In this document: one piece after another, positions 43,758-53,967 of the stretch
Numbering within the stretch: position 1 is the stretch's first letter
How the letters are laid out: each line of letters opens with the position of its first letter
Virus record (IMG/VR): IMGVR_UViG_3300017645_000202
Location: 1 to 63,311 of that record
Origin: a virus
Lineage: Duplodnaviria > Caudoviricetes
Length of the DNA stretch: 63,311 nt
Strand: one strand, 5' to 3'
The notes under the pieces: model-generated
Told to the model about the DNA's origin: nothing
Seen by the model: only the letters and a program-made list of their open reading frames with translations
The model's database searches: none
Made by a program: the position numbers and the translations under genes

Positions 43758-45085
43758 AAATCTTCGGCTTTCCGCGCACCAAGAAAAAGGCGATGTCGCC
43801 GGTCCCGGAGCGGGGCGGCTGGTGGCCGATCATCCGCGAGTCCTTTCCGGGCGCATGGCAGCGCAACGTCGAGGTCAAATTCGACAGTGTGCTGTCGCAC
43901 CATGCGGATTTCGCTTGCCGGACGCTGATTGCATCGGACATCGCCAAGCTGCGCGTGAAGCTGGTGCAGAAGGATGACGACGGCATCTGGGAAGAGATCA
44001 CGAACTCGGCCTACTCGCCGGTGCTGCGCAAGCCGAATGCCTTCCAGAACCGCATCCAGTTCTTCGAAAGTTGGATGCTGTCTAAGCTGCAGCGCGGCAA
44101 CACCTATGTGCTGAAGGAGCGCGATGGGCGCGGTGTGGTCAAGCGGCTTCACGTGCTTGACCCGACGCTGGTCACGCCGCTGGTGGCCGACAACGGCGAC
44201 GTGTACTACCAGCTCGCCGATGATCGGTTGGCTGGCATTCATCACCAGCTTGTCGCTCCCGCCAGCGAGATCATCCACGACCGCTTCAATACGTTCTTCC
44301 ACCCACTGATCGGCCTGTCGCCCATCTTCGCCTCGGGGCTGGCCGCCATGCAGGGCCTGGCAATCCAGAACGACAATACGCTCTTTTTCCAGAACGGTGC
44401 GCAACCGGGCGGCGTGCTAACAGCTCCCGGAGCCATCCACGACGAGACGGCGGCGCGCATCAAGGAAAAATGGGATACCAACTTCAGCGGGAAGAACTCA
44501 GGCAAGGTTGCCGTTCTCGGTGATGGCCTCAAATACGAGCCGATGCGCGCCAAGGCGGTCGACTCGCAGGTTATCGACCAGCTGAAGTGGACCGCCGAGG
44601 TGGTGTGCGGCGTCTATCACGTGCCGGCGTTCATGGCCGGCGTCGGCTCGGAGCCTAACTACAACAACGTGCAGAACCTCACGCTGCGCTACTACAGCCA
44701 GTGCCTGCAGGTGCACATGGAGTCGATCGAGGCGTGCCTCGATGAAGGCCTGAACATGGACGGAGTGACGATCGGCACCGAGTTTGACACGGACGAACTG
44801 ATGCGCATGGACGAGAGCACCCAGATGGAAGTGCTCGAAAAGTCAAAGGGCAAGCTGACCGTCAACGAGCAGCGCCGGCGCCTGAATCGCAAGCCGGTTG
44901 AGGGTGGCGACACCGTCTACCTGCAGGAGCAGGACCACAGCCTCGAATGGCTGGCCCGCCGCGATGCGCAGCCGATCGATCCGCCGGCGTCACCATCGGC
45001 CCCAGTCGAGCCCGAGATTGACGATGACGCCAAGGCGCTGCTGATGCGCGCCACGCTGCGCAAAGAACTCGGCCTCGCGGCCTAA
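43754..45085 (+). CDS. Portal protein (HK97 family)
   Basis: IASDIAKL, KPNAFQ, GNTYV, IIHDR, GLSPI, FFQNGAQPGG, TVNEQRR. Confidence 0.95.
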   Translation: MKIFGFPRTKKKAMSPVPERGGWWPIIRESFPGAWQRNVEVKFDSVLSHHADFACRTLIASDIAKLRVKLVQKDDDGIWEEITNSAYSPVLRKPNAFQNRIQFFESWMLSKLQRGNTYVLKERDGRGVVKRLHVLDPTLVTPLVADNGDVYYQLADDRLAGIHHQLVAPASEIIHDRFNTFFHPLIGLSPIFASGLAAMQGLAIQNDNTLFFQNGAQPGGVLTAPGAIHDETAARIKEKWDTNFSGKNSGKVAVLGDGLKYEPMRAKAVDSQVIDQLKWTAEVVCGVYHVPAFMAGVGSEPNYNNVQNLTLRYYSQCLQVHMESIEACLDEGLNMDGVTIGTEFDTDELMRMDESTQMEVLEKSKGKLTVNEQRRRLNRKPVEGGDTVYLQEQDHSLEWLARRDAQPIDPPASPSAPVEPEIDDDAKALLMRATLRKELGLAA

Positions 45086-45100
45086 GCACAGGATGCCGGG

Positions 45101-46651
45101 ATGAAATACGCCGACATTGCGTCGATGATCCGGGAAATTGCGCCCGTCATCCGCGAGTATACGGCGGCAGCGCTGGCGCCCATCGCCGAAAAGGTGGACG
45201 CGCTGGCTCTGCGCCTGGACGACATGCCGGTGCCGAAAAACGGCGAGGATGCCGACGAGGACGCGATTGCTGCGCGGCTGCGCAGTGAGTTCGATGGAGA
45301 CATAAAGCAGCTTCGCGGTGCGGTGTCCCACGAGATCGGAACGCTGCACGAGCGACTGACCGCCGTGGCGGGAGAACTGCCCGAGATGATCGCGCAGGCA
45401 GTCGCGGAGATACCGAAGCCGAAAGACGGCAATGACGCTGATGAGTCCGCCATTGCAGCGCTGGTTCGAGATGAGATCGGCAAGGATATGGCCGAGATCC
45501 GCGATGCCCTGGGCGAATTGCAGGCGATGCCGCGTAGCGATGAGTTCGACATCGAGGCGGTCGTCAGCCAGGTGCTGGCGCTGGTGCCGAAGCCGAAGGA
45601 CGGAGACCCTGGCAAGAGCATCCGCATCGACGAGATCCTGCCGCACATCGATGAGCGCGTGCGCGCGGCCGTTGCCGCGCTGCCGAACGCCAAGGATGGC
45701 GTCGGGTTGGCCGGCGCGGTGATCGACCGCGATGGCGAACTCGTCATCACGCTGTCCGACGGACGCCACCAGAAGCTGGGACCGGTGGTCGGCACGAGCG
45801 TCGATGAGCGTGTGATCATGCAGCGCCTGTGTGCCGAGGTTTCCGACCGCATCGAGGCGCTGAAAGCGGAAGTGTCTGCCGCGCAGGCGCGGGCCGAGGC
45901 CGTGCAGATGCCGGATGTCGCCGGAATGATCGCCGATGCCATCAGAGCGCTGCCGGTGGCGCTAACACGTGCTGACGTGGCCGGGATGATTGAGGCGGTG
46001 CAGAGCAAGACACCCACGCTGGATGCCGCTGCTGTCGACTCCGCGATTACAAGACAGGTCGCCAAGGCCGTGGAAGAGCTTCCCAAGCCCCGCGACGGGG
46101 CATCGGTCACTGTCGACGACGTGCGGCCACTGATCGAAGCGGAGGTTGCGGCCGCGGTGGCGCGGATCCCAAAGCCGCGTGACGGCATCGATGGCCGTGG
46201 TCTGGCGTCGATGTTGATCGACCGGGATGGCGAGCTGGTAGCATCGATGACGGACGGCCGCACGGAGAAACTCGGACGCGTGGTCGGCCGGAATGGCATC
46301 GATGCGGATATGGCGGCGCTGGAGCGTCACATCGCGGATAGTCTCGCAGCGCTGCCAAGGCCGAAGGACGGGATCGACGGGGTCGGCTTCGACGACCTCG
46401 ACCTGGAGGAGACCGACGACGGCCTGTTCCTCAAGTTCGAGCGTGGCGAGCGCACGAAGCGCTACCGCCTGCCAGCGGTTATCGACCGGGGCGTATACCG
46501 CCAGGGCACGAGCTACGGCAAAGGCAGCGGCGTCACCTGGGGTGGCTGTTTCTGGATCGCCCAGAAGGATACCGAGGAAAAGCCGGGCAACGGTGAGGCC
46601 TGGCGTCTGGCGGTCAAGAAGGGCCGCGACGGAAAGGACGCCCGGACATGA
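45101..46651 (+). CDS. Portal-adjacent structural protein with PKPKDG repeats
   Basis: Recurrent P(K/R)DG units; duplicated IDRDGELV..(S/T)DGR..KLG.VVG; C-terminal WRLAVKKGRDG. Confidence 0.8.
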   Translation: MKYADIASMIREIAPVIREYTAAALAPIAEKVDALALRLDDMPVPKNGEDADEDAIAARLRSEFDGDIKQLRGAVSHEIGTLHERLTAVAGELPEMIAQAVAEIPKPKDGNDADESAIAALVRDEIGKDMAEIRDALGELQAMPRSDEFDIEAVVSQVLALVPKPKDGDPGKSIRIDEILPHIDERVRAAVAALPNAKDGVGLAGAVIDRDGELVITLSDGRHQKLGPVVGTSVDERVIMQRLCAEVSDRIEALKAEVSAAQARAEAVQMPDVAGMIADAIRALPVALTRADVAGMIEAVQSKTPTLDAAAVDSAITRQVAKAVEELPKPRDGASVTVDDVRPLIEAEVAAAVARIPKPRDGIDGRGLASMLIDRDGELVASMTDGRTEKLGRVVGRNGIDADMAALERHIADSLAALPRPKDGIDGVGFDDLDLEETDDGLFLKFERGERTKRYRLPAVIDRGVYRQGTSYGKGSGVTWGGCFWIAQKDTEEKPGNGEAWRLAVKKGRDGKDART

Positions 46652-47010
46652 GCGCGCTCGTCTCCGTCGAAGCCGTCAACGATGCACTGCGGCTCGACCT
46701 CGATTTCGACATCGACCCCTATGCGGGTGACGACGAAGCCTCGCGCGTGGCCGACATCGTGGCGAAGATCGCCCAGGCATCCGACATCGTGCTCGATTAT
46801 CTAAAACACCCGGCCGGCTCAGACACGTGGACTTACGACACAACGCCGGAGCGGGTTAAGGCCGCGACCATTATAGTCGTCCGCTGCCTGCTCGATGACG
46901 CCGACGACAGCATGGCGATGCTCTCGGGGCTGTCTGGTCTCGATCAAGGCAATCTGAAGAACCCCATCGTCGCGCTACTGCACCGGCTGCGCGACCCGGC
47001 ATTGGCGTGA
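46648..47010 (+). CDS. Head-tail connector (gp6-like)
   Basis: LRLD...ASDIVLDYL...VKAA...LLHRLRDPALA. Confidence 0.85.
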   Translation: MSALVSVEAVNDALRLDLDFDIDPYAGDDEASRVADIVAKIAQASDIVLDYLKHPAGSDTWTYDTTPERVKAATIIVVRCLLDDADDSMAMLSGLSGLDQGNLKNPIVALLHRLRDPALA

Positions 47011-47016
47011 GGCGAC

Positions 47017-47358
47017 ATGCAGCCCGGCAAACTGCGTGAGCGCATCACGCTGCAGCGGAACATGGCGCAGCCCGATTGGTCCGGGCACCCCGCTCCGCCG
47101 GATTGGCGCGATCAGTTCACCGTGTGGGCTGGTATCCGCTTTCTGCGGGGCAGCGAATCGGTTCTGGCCGCTCGGCTGAGCGCCCGCCAGCCGGCAATCA
47201 TGACGATCCGCACCAGCTCCCAGGCACGCTCCATTCTGCCGTCCGATCGCGCCGTCAATGCGCGGACGGGGGAGATATTCAATATTCGCGAAGTGCCGCG
47301 TGAGGCGCGCGACAGCCGTGCCTTCCTCGAGGTGCTGATCGAGGCCGGAGCCACGTGA
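47017..47358 (+). CDS. Head closure / head-tail adaptor
   Basis: GKLRERITLQR...VWAGI..LRGSE. Confidence 0.85.
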   Translation: MQPGKLRERITLQRNMAQPDWSGHPAPPDWRDQFTVWAGIRFLRGSESVLAARLSARQPAIMTIRTSSQARSILPSDRAVNARTGEIFNIREVPREARDSRAFLEVLIEAGAT

Positions 47359-47624
47359 TGGCACAACTCGTTCGCACGCTCACGGTCGAAATGGATCTGG
47401 TGGGTGACGCCATCGACGACGTCGAGCGGATATTCCGCGCGCTTGCAAGGAAGCACGGGCCGGCGTTTCGCGCACTGGAGCGGGAGGTCGAGCGCTTGAT
47501 GAATGGTGACGCCGAGCTGTCGCCTCCGCCGTTTCATCACATTGGCGGCGGGTGCTACGTCGCCGAGCCATATCCAGAACTCGCTGCAATCGTTCGCGAA
47601 GCACGTGCGCTGGGGGTGATCTGA
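47358..47624 (+). CDS. Hypothetical protein
   Basis: Coupled ORF in the neck module. Confidence 0.65.
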   Translation: MAQLVRTLTVEMDLVGDAIDDVERIFRALARKHGPAFRALEREVERLMNGDAELSPPPFHHIGGGCYVAEPYPELAAIVREARALGVI

Positions 47625-48172
47625 TGGTCAAGTTCAAGATCGAGGGACTCCGTGAATTGGAGTCCGCCCTTACGGAGTTGTCGAAAGGCGCGGCCAAAGG
47701 CGCGCTGAAGCGTGCCTTGATCAAATCGGCGGAGCCCATGCGCGTCGCCGCCGTACGCAATGCGCCCGAAGACAAGGAGGGCCTAAAGCGCGGGATCCAG
47801 ATCGGCGTGAAGATCGCCAAGGACAAAAGCAAAGATCCTGGCAGCCGCGCCTTTGCCGCGACGATGGCCGCCGGCGGCACCCGCGGTGAAGCGGTGCAGG
47901 CGCTGCGCAATGCCCGGCGCGCTCAGGGCGTAGGCGAAACATTCGCTGAGGCCTATCTCGGGCCTGTGCGGGCTAACAAGAAGAACTCGATTAAGGCGAT
48001 GGCGCAGGAGTTCGGCAGCGTCAATCATCCGGCGCACCCCTATATGCGTCCCGCGTTCGATAGCGAGGCCGGAAACGTCGTCAGCCGCATCAAGGGCGAA
48101 CTGACGAGCGAGATCGCCAAGTCGGTGAAGCGCGCCCGGGCGCGCGCAGCGCGGCTGGCATCCAAGAGGTAG
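47624..48172 (+). CDS. HK97 gp10-like neck protein
   Basis: IEGLRELE..L, QEFGS..HPAHPYMRPAFD. Confidence 0.88.
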   Translation: MVKFKIEGLRELESALTELSKGAAKGALKRALIKSAEPMRVAAVRNAPEDKEGLKRGIQIGVKIAKDKSKDPGSRAFAATMAAGGTRGEAVQALRNARRAQGVGETFAEAYLGPVRANKKNSIKAMAQEFGSVNHPAHPYMRPAFDSEAGNVVSRIKGELTSEIAKSVKRARARAARLASKR

Positions 48173-48175
48173 GCC

Positions 48176-48544
48176 GTGGAAGAGCAGTTGACCGGCCTTC
48201 TCGCCACGGCCGTGCCGCGAAGGTTCTGGGGGCGTGCGCCGCAGTCGCCCCCACCAGCAAGGCCGTATGCTGTTCTGTCGCGCATTTCTGGGGCGCGCGA
48301 TTACCACGCGCAGGGTCCGTCCGGATATGTCATCAGCCGCGTGCAGATTGATGTCTATGCTGAGAGCTACGTCGCGGCACACGGGACCGCCCAAAGCATC
48401 GTCGCGGCTGTCTCGGGATACAGCGGCGACGGTATCCACGCCGTATTCATCGACGGCCAGCGCGACCTGAGCGGGCTCGAAGCTGGCGACCCGAACGAAC
48501 TCTATCGCGTGTCGATCGACGTGATCGTACATCACGCGGAGTGA
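48176..48544 (+). CDS. Tail terminator (DUF3168-like)
   Basis: RVQIDVYA, YRVSID; position before the tail tube gene. Confidence 0.8.
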   Translation: MEEQLTGLLATAVPRRFWGRAPQSPPPARPYAVLSRISGARDYHAQGPSGYVISRVQIDVYAESYVAAHGTAQSIVAAVSGYSGDGIHAVFIDGQRDLSGLEAGDPNELYRVSIDVIVHHAE

Positions 48545-48607
48545 CCACCCGCATCAGCAACTTCATCCAGCCGCCTTGCGCGGCCAATTCCGCATGGGGA
48601 ACTTACG

Positions 48608-49297
48608 ATGTCTGACGCAATGATCGGCTATGGCTCTTTCTTCCACATCAGTCAGGACGGCGGCGCGACCTGGTTCGAGATGGGAGAGGTGTTCAACATC
48701 ACCCCGCCGAGCGACACTGTGGATCAGCAGGATGTTACGCATATGCAGTCGCCACAGCGACGTCGCGAGTTTATCCCTGGCCTGTCGGATCCGGGGTCTG
48801 CCAGCTTCGAGCAGAATTTTATTCCCGGGTCTGCCTCCGACCTCAAGGTTCAGGATATCCGAGCTGCTGGTGAGCAAGTGCTCTGTCGGATCACGTTTCC
48901 GAATGCCGTGACGTGGAAATTTACGGGTCAGGTCGAAAGCTATGAACCCGCGGTCCCGACCGAAGACAAGATGACGTGCACCGTTTCGTGGAAGGTGTCG
49001 GGATCGACCCTGGCGACCGCAGCTGCTGCGCCGGTCAACTCCGTTCTGCCGGCCGTTGCTGGCATCGCACAGCAGGGCCAGGTGCTCACCGCGTTCGAGG
49101 GGGTCTGGAGCGTCGCTGCTTCTTACTCGTATCAGTGGGAGCTTGACGCCACGCCCATCAACGGAGCCACGGGGAAGGCTTACACGGTTGTCGCCGATGA
49201 CATCGGAAAGGCGATCACAGTGACCATAACGGCCACCAATTCGGCCGGCTCCGCCAGCGCGACGAGTGCTCCCACCGCTGACGTGGCCGGAGAGTAA
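48608..49297 (+). CDS. Major tail tube protein with C-terminal Ig-like domain
   Basis: DVTHMQSP..RREFIPGL.D.G, WKVSG; PVNSVLPAV.G...GQVLT...YSYQW. Confidence 0.9.
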   Translation: MSDAMIGYGSFFHISQDGGATWFEMGEVFNITPPSDTVDQQDVTHMQSPQRRREFIPGLSDPGSASFEQNFIPGSASDLKVQDIRAAGEQVLCRITFPNAVTWKFTGQVESYEPAVPTEDKMTCTVSWKVSGSTLATAAAAPVNSVLPAVAGIAQQGQVLTAFEGVWSVAASYSYQWELDATPINGATGKAYTVVADDIGKAITVTITATNSAGSASATSAPTADVAGE

Positions 49298-49301
49298 TTC
49301 A

Positions 49302-49643
49302 ATGGCCAACATTCATCGTGGACAGGTGTCGCTCGCCGTGGGCGACACCACCTACACCCTTTCCCTCTCGACGAACGCGCTCTGCGATCTGGAGGACCTG
49401 TTCAATAAGAACGTGACCGAAGTCGCTGCTCTGCTTGGCGCAGACAACGTCAGCATGAAGACTGTGCGCGGCATGTTCTGGGCGGCCTTGCAGGATTATC
49501 ATCCCGACGTTGATCTCAAAGCGGCCGGCCGGATTATCACCGATGCTGGCATGCCGACGGCAATGGAGGCCATCGGCAAGGCGTTCAAGGCGGCGTTCCC
49601 GGAGAACAGCGGCTCGCACCCTCGGAAGGCAGCGAAGGCATAG
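49302..49643 (+). CDS. Tail assembly chaperone (gpG-like)
   Basis: MANIHRGQV...YTL.L..NALCDLE. Confidence 0.85.
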   Translation: MANIHRGQVSLAVGDTTYTLSLSTNALCDLEDLFNKNVTEVAALLGADNVSMKTVRGMFWAALQDYHPDVDLKAAGRIITDAGMPTAMEAIGKAFKAAFPENSGSHPRKAAKA

Positions 49644-49939
49644 ACTGGTCTTCGCTGCTGGAATCCTGGGTTGCCGCGGAGCAGCCGGCAGCGTTGTTCT
49701 GGCGGCTCACACTCCGCGAGATCTCCGTTATCTTGAAGGGCGCCAACGCAAACTTGCGCAGGCGGCACGACGAGGCGGCCTGGCTCGCCTGGCACATCGA
49801 GGCGCTAGCTCGCGCCAAGAAGCTGCCGAAGCTTGAAAACATGCAATCGAAGGCGCCGCAGCGATCTCGCCGGATGAGCCCGGGCGAGATGATCGCGATG
49901 GCGCATCTGTGGACGGCGGCGACTGCGCGTTCGTCTTGA
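49634..49939 (+). CDS. Tail assembly chaperone C-terminal part (gpT-like, -1 frame)
   Basis: FWRLTLRE motif; no good independent start; overlaps the end of gpG. Confidence 0.75.
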   Translation, partial: EGIDWSSLLESWVAAEQPAALFWRLTLREISVILKGANANLRRRHDEAAWLAWHIEALARAKKLPKLENMQSKAPQRSRRMSPGEMIAMAHLWTAATARSS

Positions 49940-49948
49940 TCCGGAGGA

Positions 49949-52639
49949 GTGGCTTTGGCTAGCACCGTTATTGGCTCGCTGCGTGTCAACCTCGGTATTA
50001 ACACGGCCGCATTTGTTGGCGGCCTGCAGAATGCCACGAAGCATCTCGATCGCGTCGGGAAGCAGATGCAGGCCATCGGCCGCCGGATGTCGAGCTCCAT
50101 CACCGCGCCGATGGCCATCGCGGGCACTGGCATCCTCAAGATGTCGGCCGACTTCGAGCAGGCCATGTCAAACATGTCTGCCGTGCTGCGCCCCACCCAG
50201 GAGGAGTTCAAAAAGCTCAGCGATCTTGCTGTGCTGCTGGCACAAACAACGAAGTACACGGCGAAGGAAGCGGCGGACGGCATGGAGATGCTGGCTCGCA
50301 ACGGCATCGACGCGGCAAACATTCTGGGCGGAGCGGCGACGGCCACCCTCAATCTCGCCTCGGCCGCCAATGCCAGTCTGCCTTCGGCCGCTGACGCGAT
50401 GACGGACGTCATGGTCGCGTTCAAAAAGACGGGGCCAGAGCTGACCGACGTTGTGAATAACATCGCCGGTACGCTCGTGAACTCAAAGATGGGCTGGGAA
50501 GATTATTTCGGTGCCATGAGCCAGGCGGCGGGCATCGCCGGTTCATCCGGCATGTCGTTCTCCGACATGAATGCCATCCTCGCTGCGACGGCACCTGCGT
50601 TCAAGAATGGTACTGAGGCCGGCACGTCGTTCAAGGGGTTCCTGTTGAAACTGGCGCCGTCCAGCAAACAGGCAAAGGAGATCATGCGCGATCTCAATCT
50701 CGAGTTTTTCAATGCCCAAGGGTTCATGAAAACGGCGGGCGAAATTGCCGAAGAGTTGCGCACCAAGGTCGGCAAGTTGACGAAACAGTCTCAAGTGGAG
50801 GTTCTTGGGGCGCTGTTCGGGCAACGCACGATCCGAACTGCTCTGCGCCTGATGGAGGAAGGGGCCGCAGGTATCGAGCGGTTTCGCGAAAAGATCGCCA
50901 AGGGGGACGCGGAGCAGATGGCCAAGACGCGTCTGGATAACTTCTGGGGCTCCTGGAACATGCTGAGGGCGGCCGTTGAGAGCGCAGCAATAGCGATCGG
51001 CAATTCCGGGTTTCTGGCGTGGGCACGTTCTGCTGTTGATAGCGTTGCCGAGTTCGCCCGTTCGGTCGCGGCCCTCAATCCGGAGTTGCTCCGTTTCATC
51101 GCAATTATGGGAATGCTGGTCACTGTTGCTGGTCCGGCGATCGCCGGCATCGGGCTTTTGGTGGCAGGCATTGTGGCGATTGGCGGGCCCGTCTCGTGGA
51201 CGATCGTCGCGATCGCGGCCCTGGTCACAGCGATCACGGCTTACTGGGACGAGATCAAGATCGCTACGCGGATGCTGACCAACGTGTTCTCGGACGTTTA
51301 CGAGAGCATAAAGGGGTGGTGCGTGTCAGTTTACGGCGCGGTGAAAGAGTGGCTCGTCGATAAGTTCGGATGGGCCATTGATGGGCTGACGAGCATGATG
51401 GAACGTGTGAGCAACACGTTCAGCGGCCTCACCGAGTTGGATGACGTCAAGCGGGAAGCTCAAAACACTCAGATGGCCATCGACAAGGCGTTCGATGGCA
51501 TGAAGGCGAGCGGCGTGGCCGCCGGGAAGGCCGTCGCATTCGCCTGGCGGCAAGCGGCGGCGGACATCAAGCGAGAGGCCGATGAGGCGAAGCTGAAGCT
51601 TGAGAAAATGGCAAAATGGCGAAAGGTGTTTGCGCGCCGCCGCGGACCGTCGAAAGACCAGCTTGCATCAGGGCTACCCACACGCCGCTCATCCGACGAA
51701 GTCGATCTCGGCACCTACGGCACCGAAGCGTTCGACTCCAGTCAGCATGAGGATGGCGAGCGCATCATCAAACAGTTGAAGAAGAGCACGGAAGCGCTCG
51801 CTCGGGAGGGGAAGCGCGTTTTCGATGAGACGCGTACACCAGCGGAAGCACTGCGCATCGAGTTGACACGCCTGGACAACCTGGTGAATTCCGGTTCGAT
51901 CGACTTCGAGACGTACTCGCGGGCGGTCAAGGCGGCGAAGGACGAGTTCTCCGGCTATAATGATCTCGTGCGCGAGGGAAAAAGTGTCTTCGAGGCAACG
52001 CGGACGCCTGCAGAAGCGCTGCGCCTAGAGTTCGAGCGCCTGAATAAGCTGGTGAATGTCGGAGCTATAGACTTCGATACATATACACGAGCCGTAGCCC
52101 AGGCGCAGGACGAGTTCACGGGCCTCAATCGTGTTGCCGAGAATGTCAGCCAGTCGTTCGGTTCTGCGCTGGAAGACATGCTAATCGATGGCGCAAACTG
52201 GCGCGATTCACTTGCCGGGTTCCTGAAGGACATCGCCCGCGAAATCCTGCGCGTTGCGGCTCTTACGCCGCTGATGAACTCGATCAAGCAAGGCATCACG
52301 TCCGCGTTCGGATCGGGTGGCGGCGGCTTCAACCTCGGCAGCCTGTTCAGCTCACTGCCCGGGTTTGCCGACGGTGGATCGTTCCAGGTTGGCGGCACGG
52401 GTGGCATCGATAGTCAGCTCGTGGCGTTCCGCGCCTCGCCTAACGAACGCGTTACGATCACGAAGCCAGGACAGGCGCGCGGCGCGGTATCCGTCAGCAT
52501 CCCCATTCAGATCGACGCCTCCGGCGCGGACACGGCAGCAGTTGTGCGTCTGGAGCGTGGTCTCGAACAAGCTATCGGCAGCATGCGCCGCGTGGCAGTC
52601 GAAGCGGTCAGCGAAGCCATGGATAGGAATATCGCGTGA
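49949..52639 (+). CDS. Tape measure protein (TP901 family core)
   Basis: IGSLRVNLG, DFEQAMS, helical Ala/Gly-rich body, GFADGG; 896 aa. Confidence 0.95.
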   Translation: MALASTVIGSLRVNLGINTAAFVGGLQNATKHLDRVGKQMQAIGRRMSSSITAPMAIAGTGILKMSADFEQAMSNMSAVLRPTQEEFKKLSDLAVLLAQTTKYTAKEAADGMEMLARNGIDAANILGGAATATLNLASAANASLPSAADAMTDVMVAFKKTGPELTDVVNNIAGTLVNSKMGWEDYFGAMSQAAGIAGSSGMSFSDMNAILAATAPAFKNGTEAGTSFKGFLLKLAPSSKQAKEIMRDLNLEFFNAQGFMKTAGEIAEELRTKVGKLTKQSQVEVLGALFGQRTIRTALRLMEEGAAGIERFREKIAKGDAEQMAKTRLDNFWGSWNMLRAAVESAAIAIGNSGFLAWARSAVDSVAEFARSVAALNPELLRFIAIMGMLVTVAGPAIAGIGLLVAGIVAIGGPVSWTIVAIAALVTAITAYWDEIKIATRMLTNVFSDVYESIKGWCVSVYGAVKEWLVDKFGWAIDGLTSMMERVSNTFSGLTELDDVKREAQNTQMAIDKAFDGMKASGVAAGKAVAFAWRQAAADIKREADEAKLKLEKMAKWRKVFARRRGPSKDQLASGLPTRRSSDEVDLGTYGTEAFDSSQHEDGERIIKQLKKSTEALAREGKRVFDETRTPAEALRIELTRLDNLVNSGSIDFETYSRAVKAAKDEFSGYNDLVREGKSVFEATRTPAEALRLEFERLNKLVNVGAIDFDTYTRAVAQAQDEFTGLNRVAENVSQSFGSALEDMLIDGANWRDSLAGFLKDIAREILRVAALTPLMNSIKQGITSAFGSGGGGFNLGSLFSSLPGFADGGSFQVGGTGGIDSQLVAFRASPNERVTITKPGQARGAVSVSIPIQIDASGADTAAVVRLERGLEQAIGSMRRVAVEAVSEAMDRNIA

Positions 52640-53331
52640 TGGCTCTCATCATGCCGCCCTACGAGTTCCCGCGCGAGATGCCGCTGCGGAAAGGATTCCA
52701 TCCGTTCGAATCCGGTCAGTTCGAGCCGAGCTATGGGCTTGTGCGCGCACCAACGCGCGGGAGCCGCGTGCAAGTGGTCAACGTGGCGACGCCGCTGTGG
52801 GCGATGGAGTTCGCCTCCCATGTAATGCCGCACGACGAAGCCCAAGCCTATCTGGCGTGGATGCAATCACTGCGGGGTGGTGCGCGGCTCTTCAAGGCGT
52901 GGCACCCGCTGTGCAAATACCCGTATGCCTATCGCGAGGGATGGGGCTCGCTGGTGCATGCCGATGGCTCGACGCCGTTTAGTGGCTCAGGCGTGTTGAG
53001 CAGTATCGGCGAGCAGCGCGACGCGGTGACCGTTGCCGACCTTCCGGCAGGCTTCAAACTTACCTTTGGCGATATGCTGAGCATTCCGCTCGGTGCGACC
53101 GGGCGCTCGCTGCACCGCGTGATGGTGCCGGCGACGGCCAACGGCCTGGGCGTGGCTGTTGTCACGATAGAACCGTCTATTCCGCTCTCGCTCGCCATTG
53201 GCGAGGCACCTCCGGCGGTGCTGTTTGAAAAGCCGTGGTGCCTCGCCGTTATCGATGCCGACAGCATACGCGGGCCTTGGCAGCCGGGTGCATTCGGTCG
53301 GGTTTCATTTTCAGCGGTGCAGACCTTCTAA
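52639..53331 (+). CDS. Distal tail protein
   Basis: Position after the tape measure; AWMQSLRGG. Confidence 0.7.
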   Translation: MALIMPPYEFPREMPLRKGFHPFESGQFEPSYGLVRAPTRGSRVQVVNVATPLWAMEFASHVMPHDEAQAYLAWMQSLRGGARLFKAWHPLCKYPYAYREGWGSLVHADGSTPFSGSGVLSSIGEQRDAVTVADLPAGFKLTFGDMLSIPLGATGRSLHRVMVPATANGLGVAVVTIEPSIPLSLAIGEAPPAVLFEKPWCLAVIDADSIRGPWQPGAFGRVSFSAVQTF

Positions 53332-53967
53332 ATGCGCATTCTATCGAACGACGCTCTGGCGGCGCTGGACAGCGGCCGCTTCGCGGTCCGCTGCCTGCTC
53401 ACCGTCGAAATGGACGATCCCGAGGATCTATTCGCGATCTGGGATGACATCGGCAGCATCACGATCGACGGCGTCACCTACACGGGTTCGGCCGGCCGCT
53501 TCACCGTGCAGACTTCGCAATCGGTGAAGGACCTGTCGATCCAGAACCTCGATGTCACCCTGTCCGGTCTCGATAGCGAGGTTGCGAACATGATCGACAG
53601 CGCTGCGTGGCATCAGCGCCCGATCACCATTACGCGCGCAATCATCGGCACCGAAGTCCCGGCCGTGCTGCACCTGATGCCGGAGTTTGTCGGGTTTCTC
53701 GATCAGATGATCTGGCGGGAGACCCAGGGCGGCACAACTGAGCTCCGGTTCCGGGCAGAATCGACATCGCGAGAGTTCAACCGCGCCGGCGCGCGCACCC
53801 GCTCATCGGCCGATCAAAAGCAACGTGACCCGACGGACGGCCTGTTCGATTTCGCCACGGCCGCAATCACGACCCAGATCAACTGGGGGCACAGTCCGCA
53901 GGACCCGGCGGCAATGGCTAAACCGAAGCAATCCGGGCTCGCCAAACTGTTGAGCAAGATATTCTGA
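53332..53967 (+). CDS. Tail tip/hub protein
   Basis: GVTYTG, LDVTLSGL, RSSADQKQRDPTD. Confidence 0.7.
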   Translation: MRILSNDALAALDSGRFAVRCLLTVEMDDPEDLFAIWDDIGSITIDGVTYTGSAGRFTVQTSQSVKDLSIQNLDVTLSGLDSEVANMIDSAAWHQRPITITRAIIGTEVPAVLHLMPEFVGFLDQMIWRETQGGTTELRFRAESTSREFNRAGARTRSSADQKQRDPTDGLFDFATAAITTQINWGHSPQDPAAMAKPKQSGLAKLLSKIF

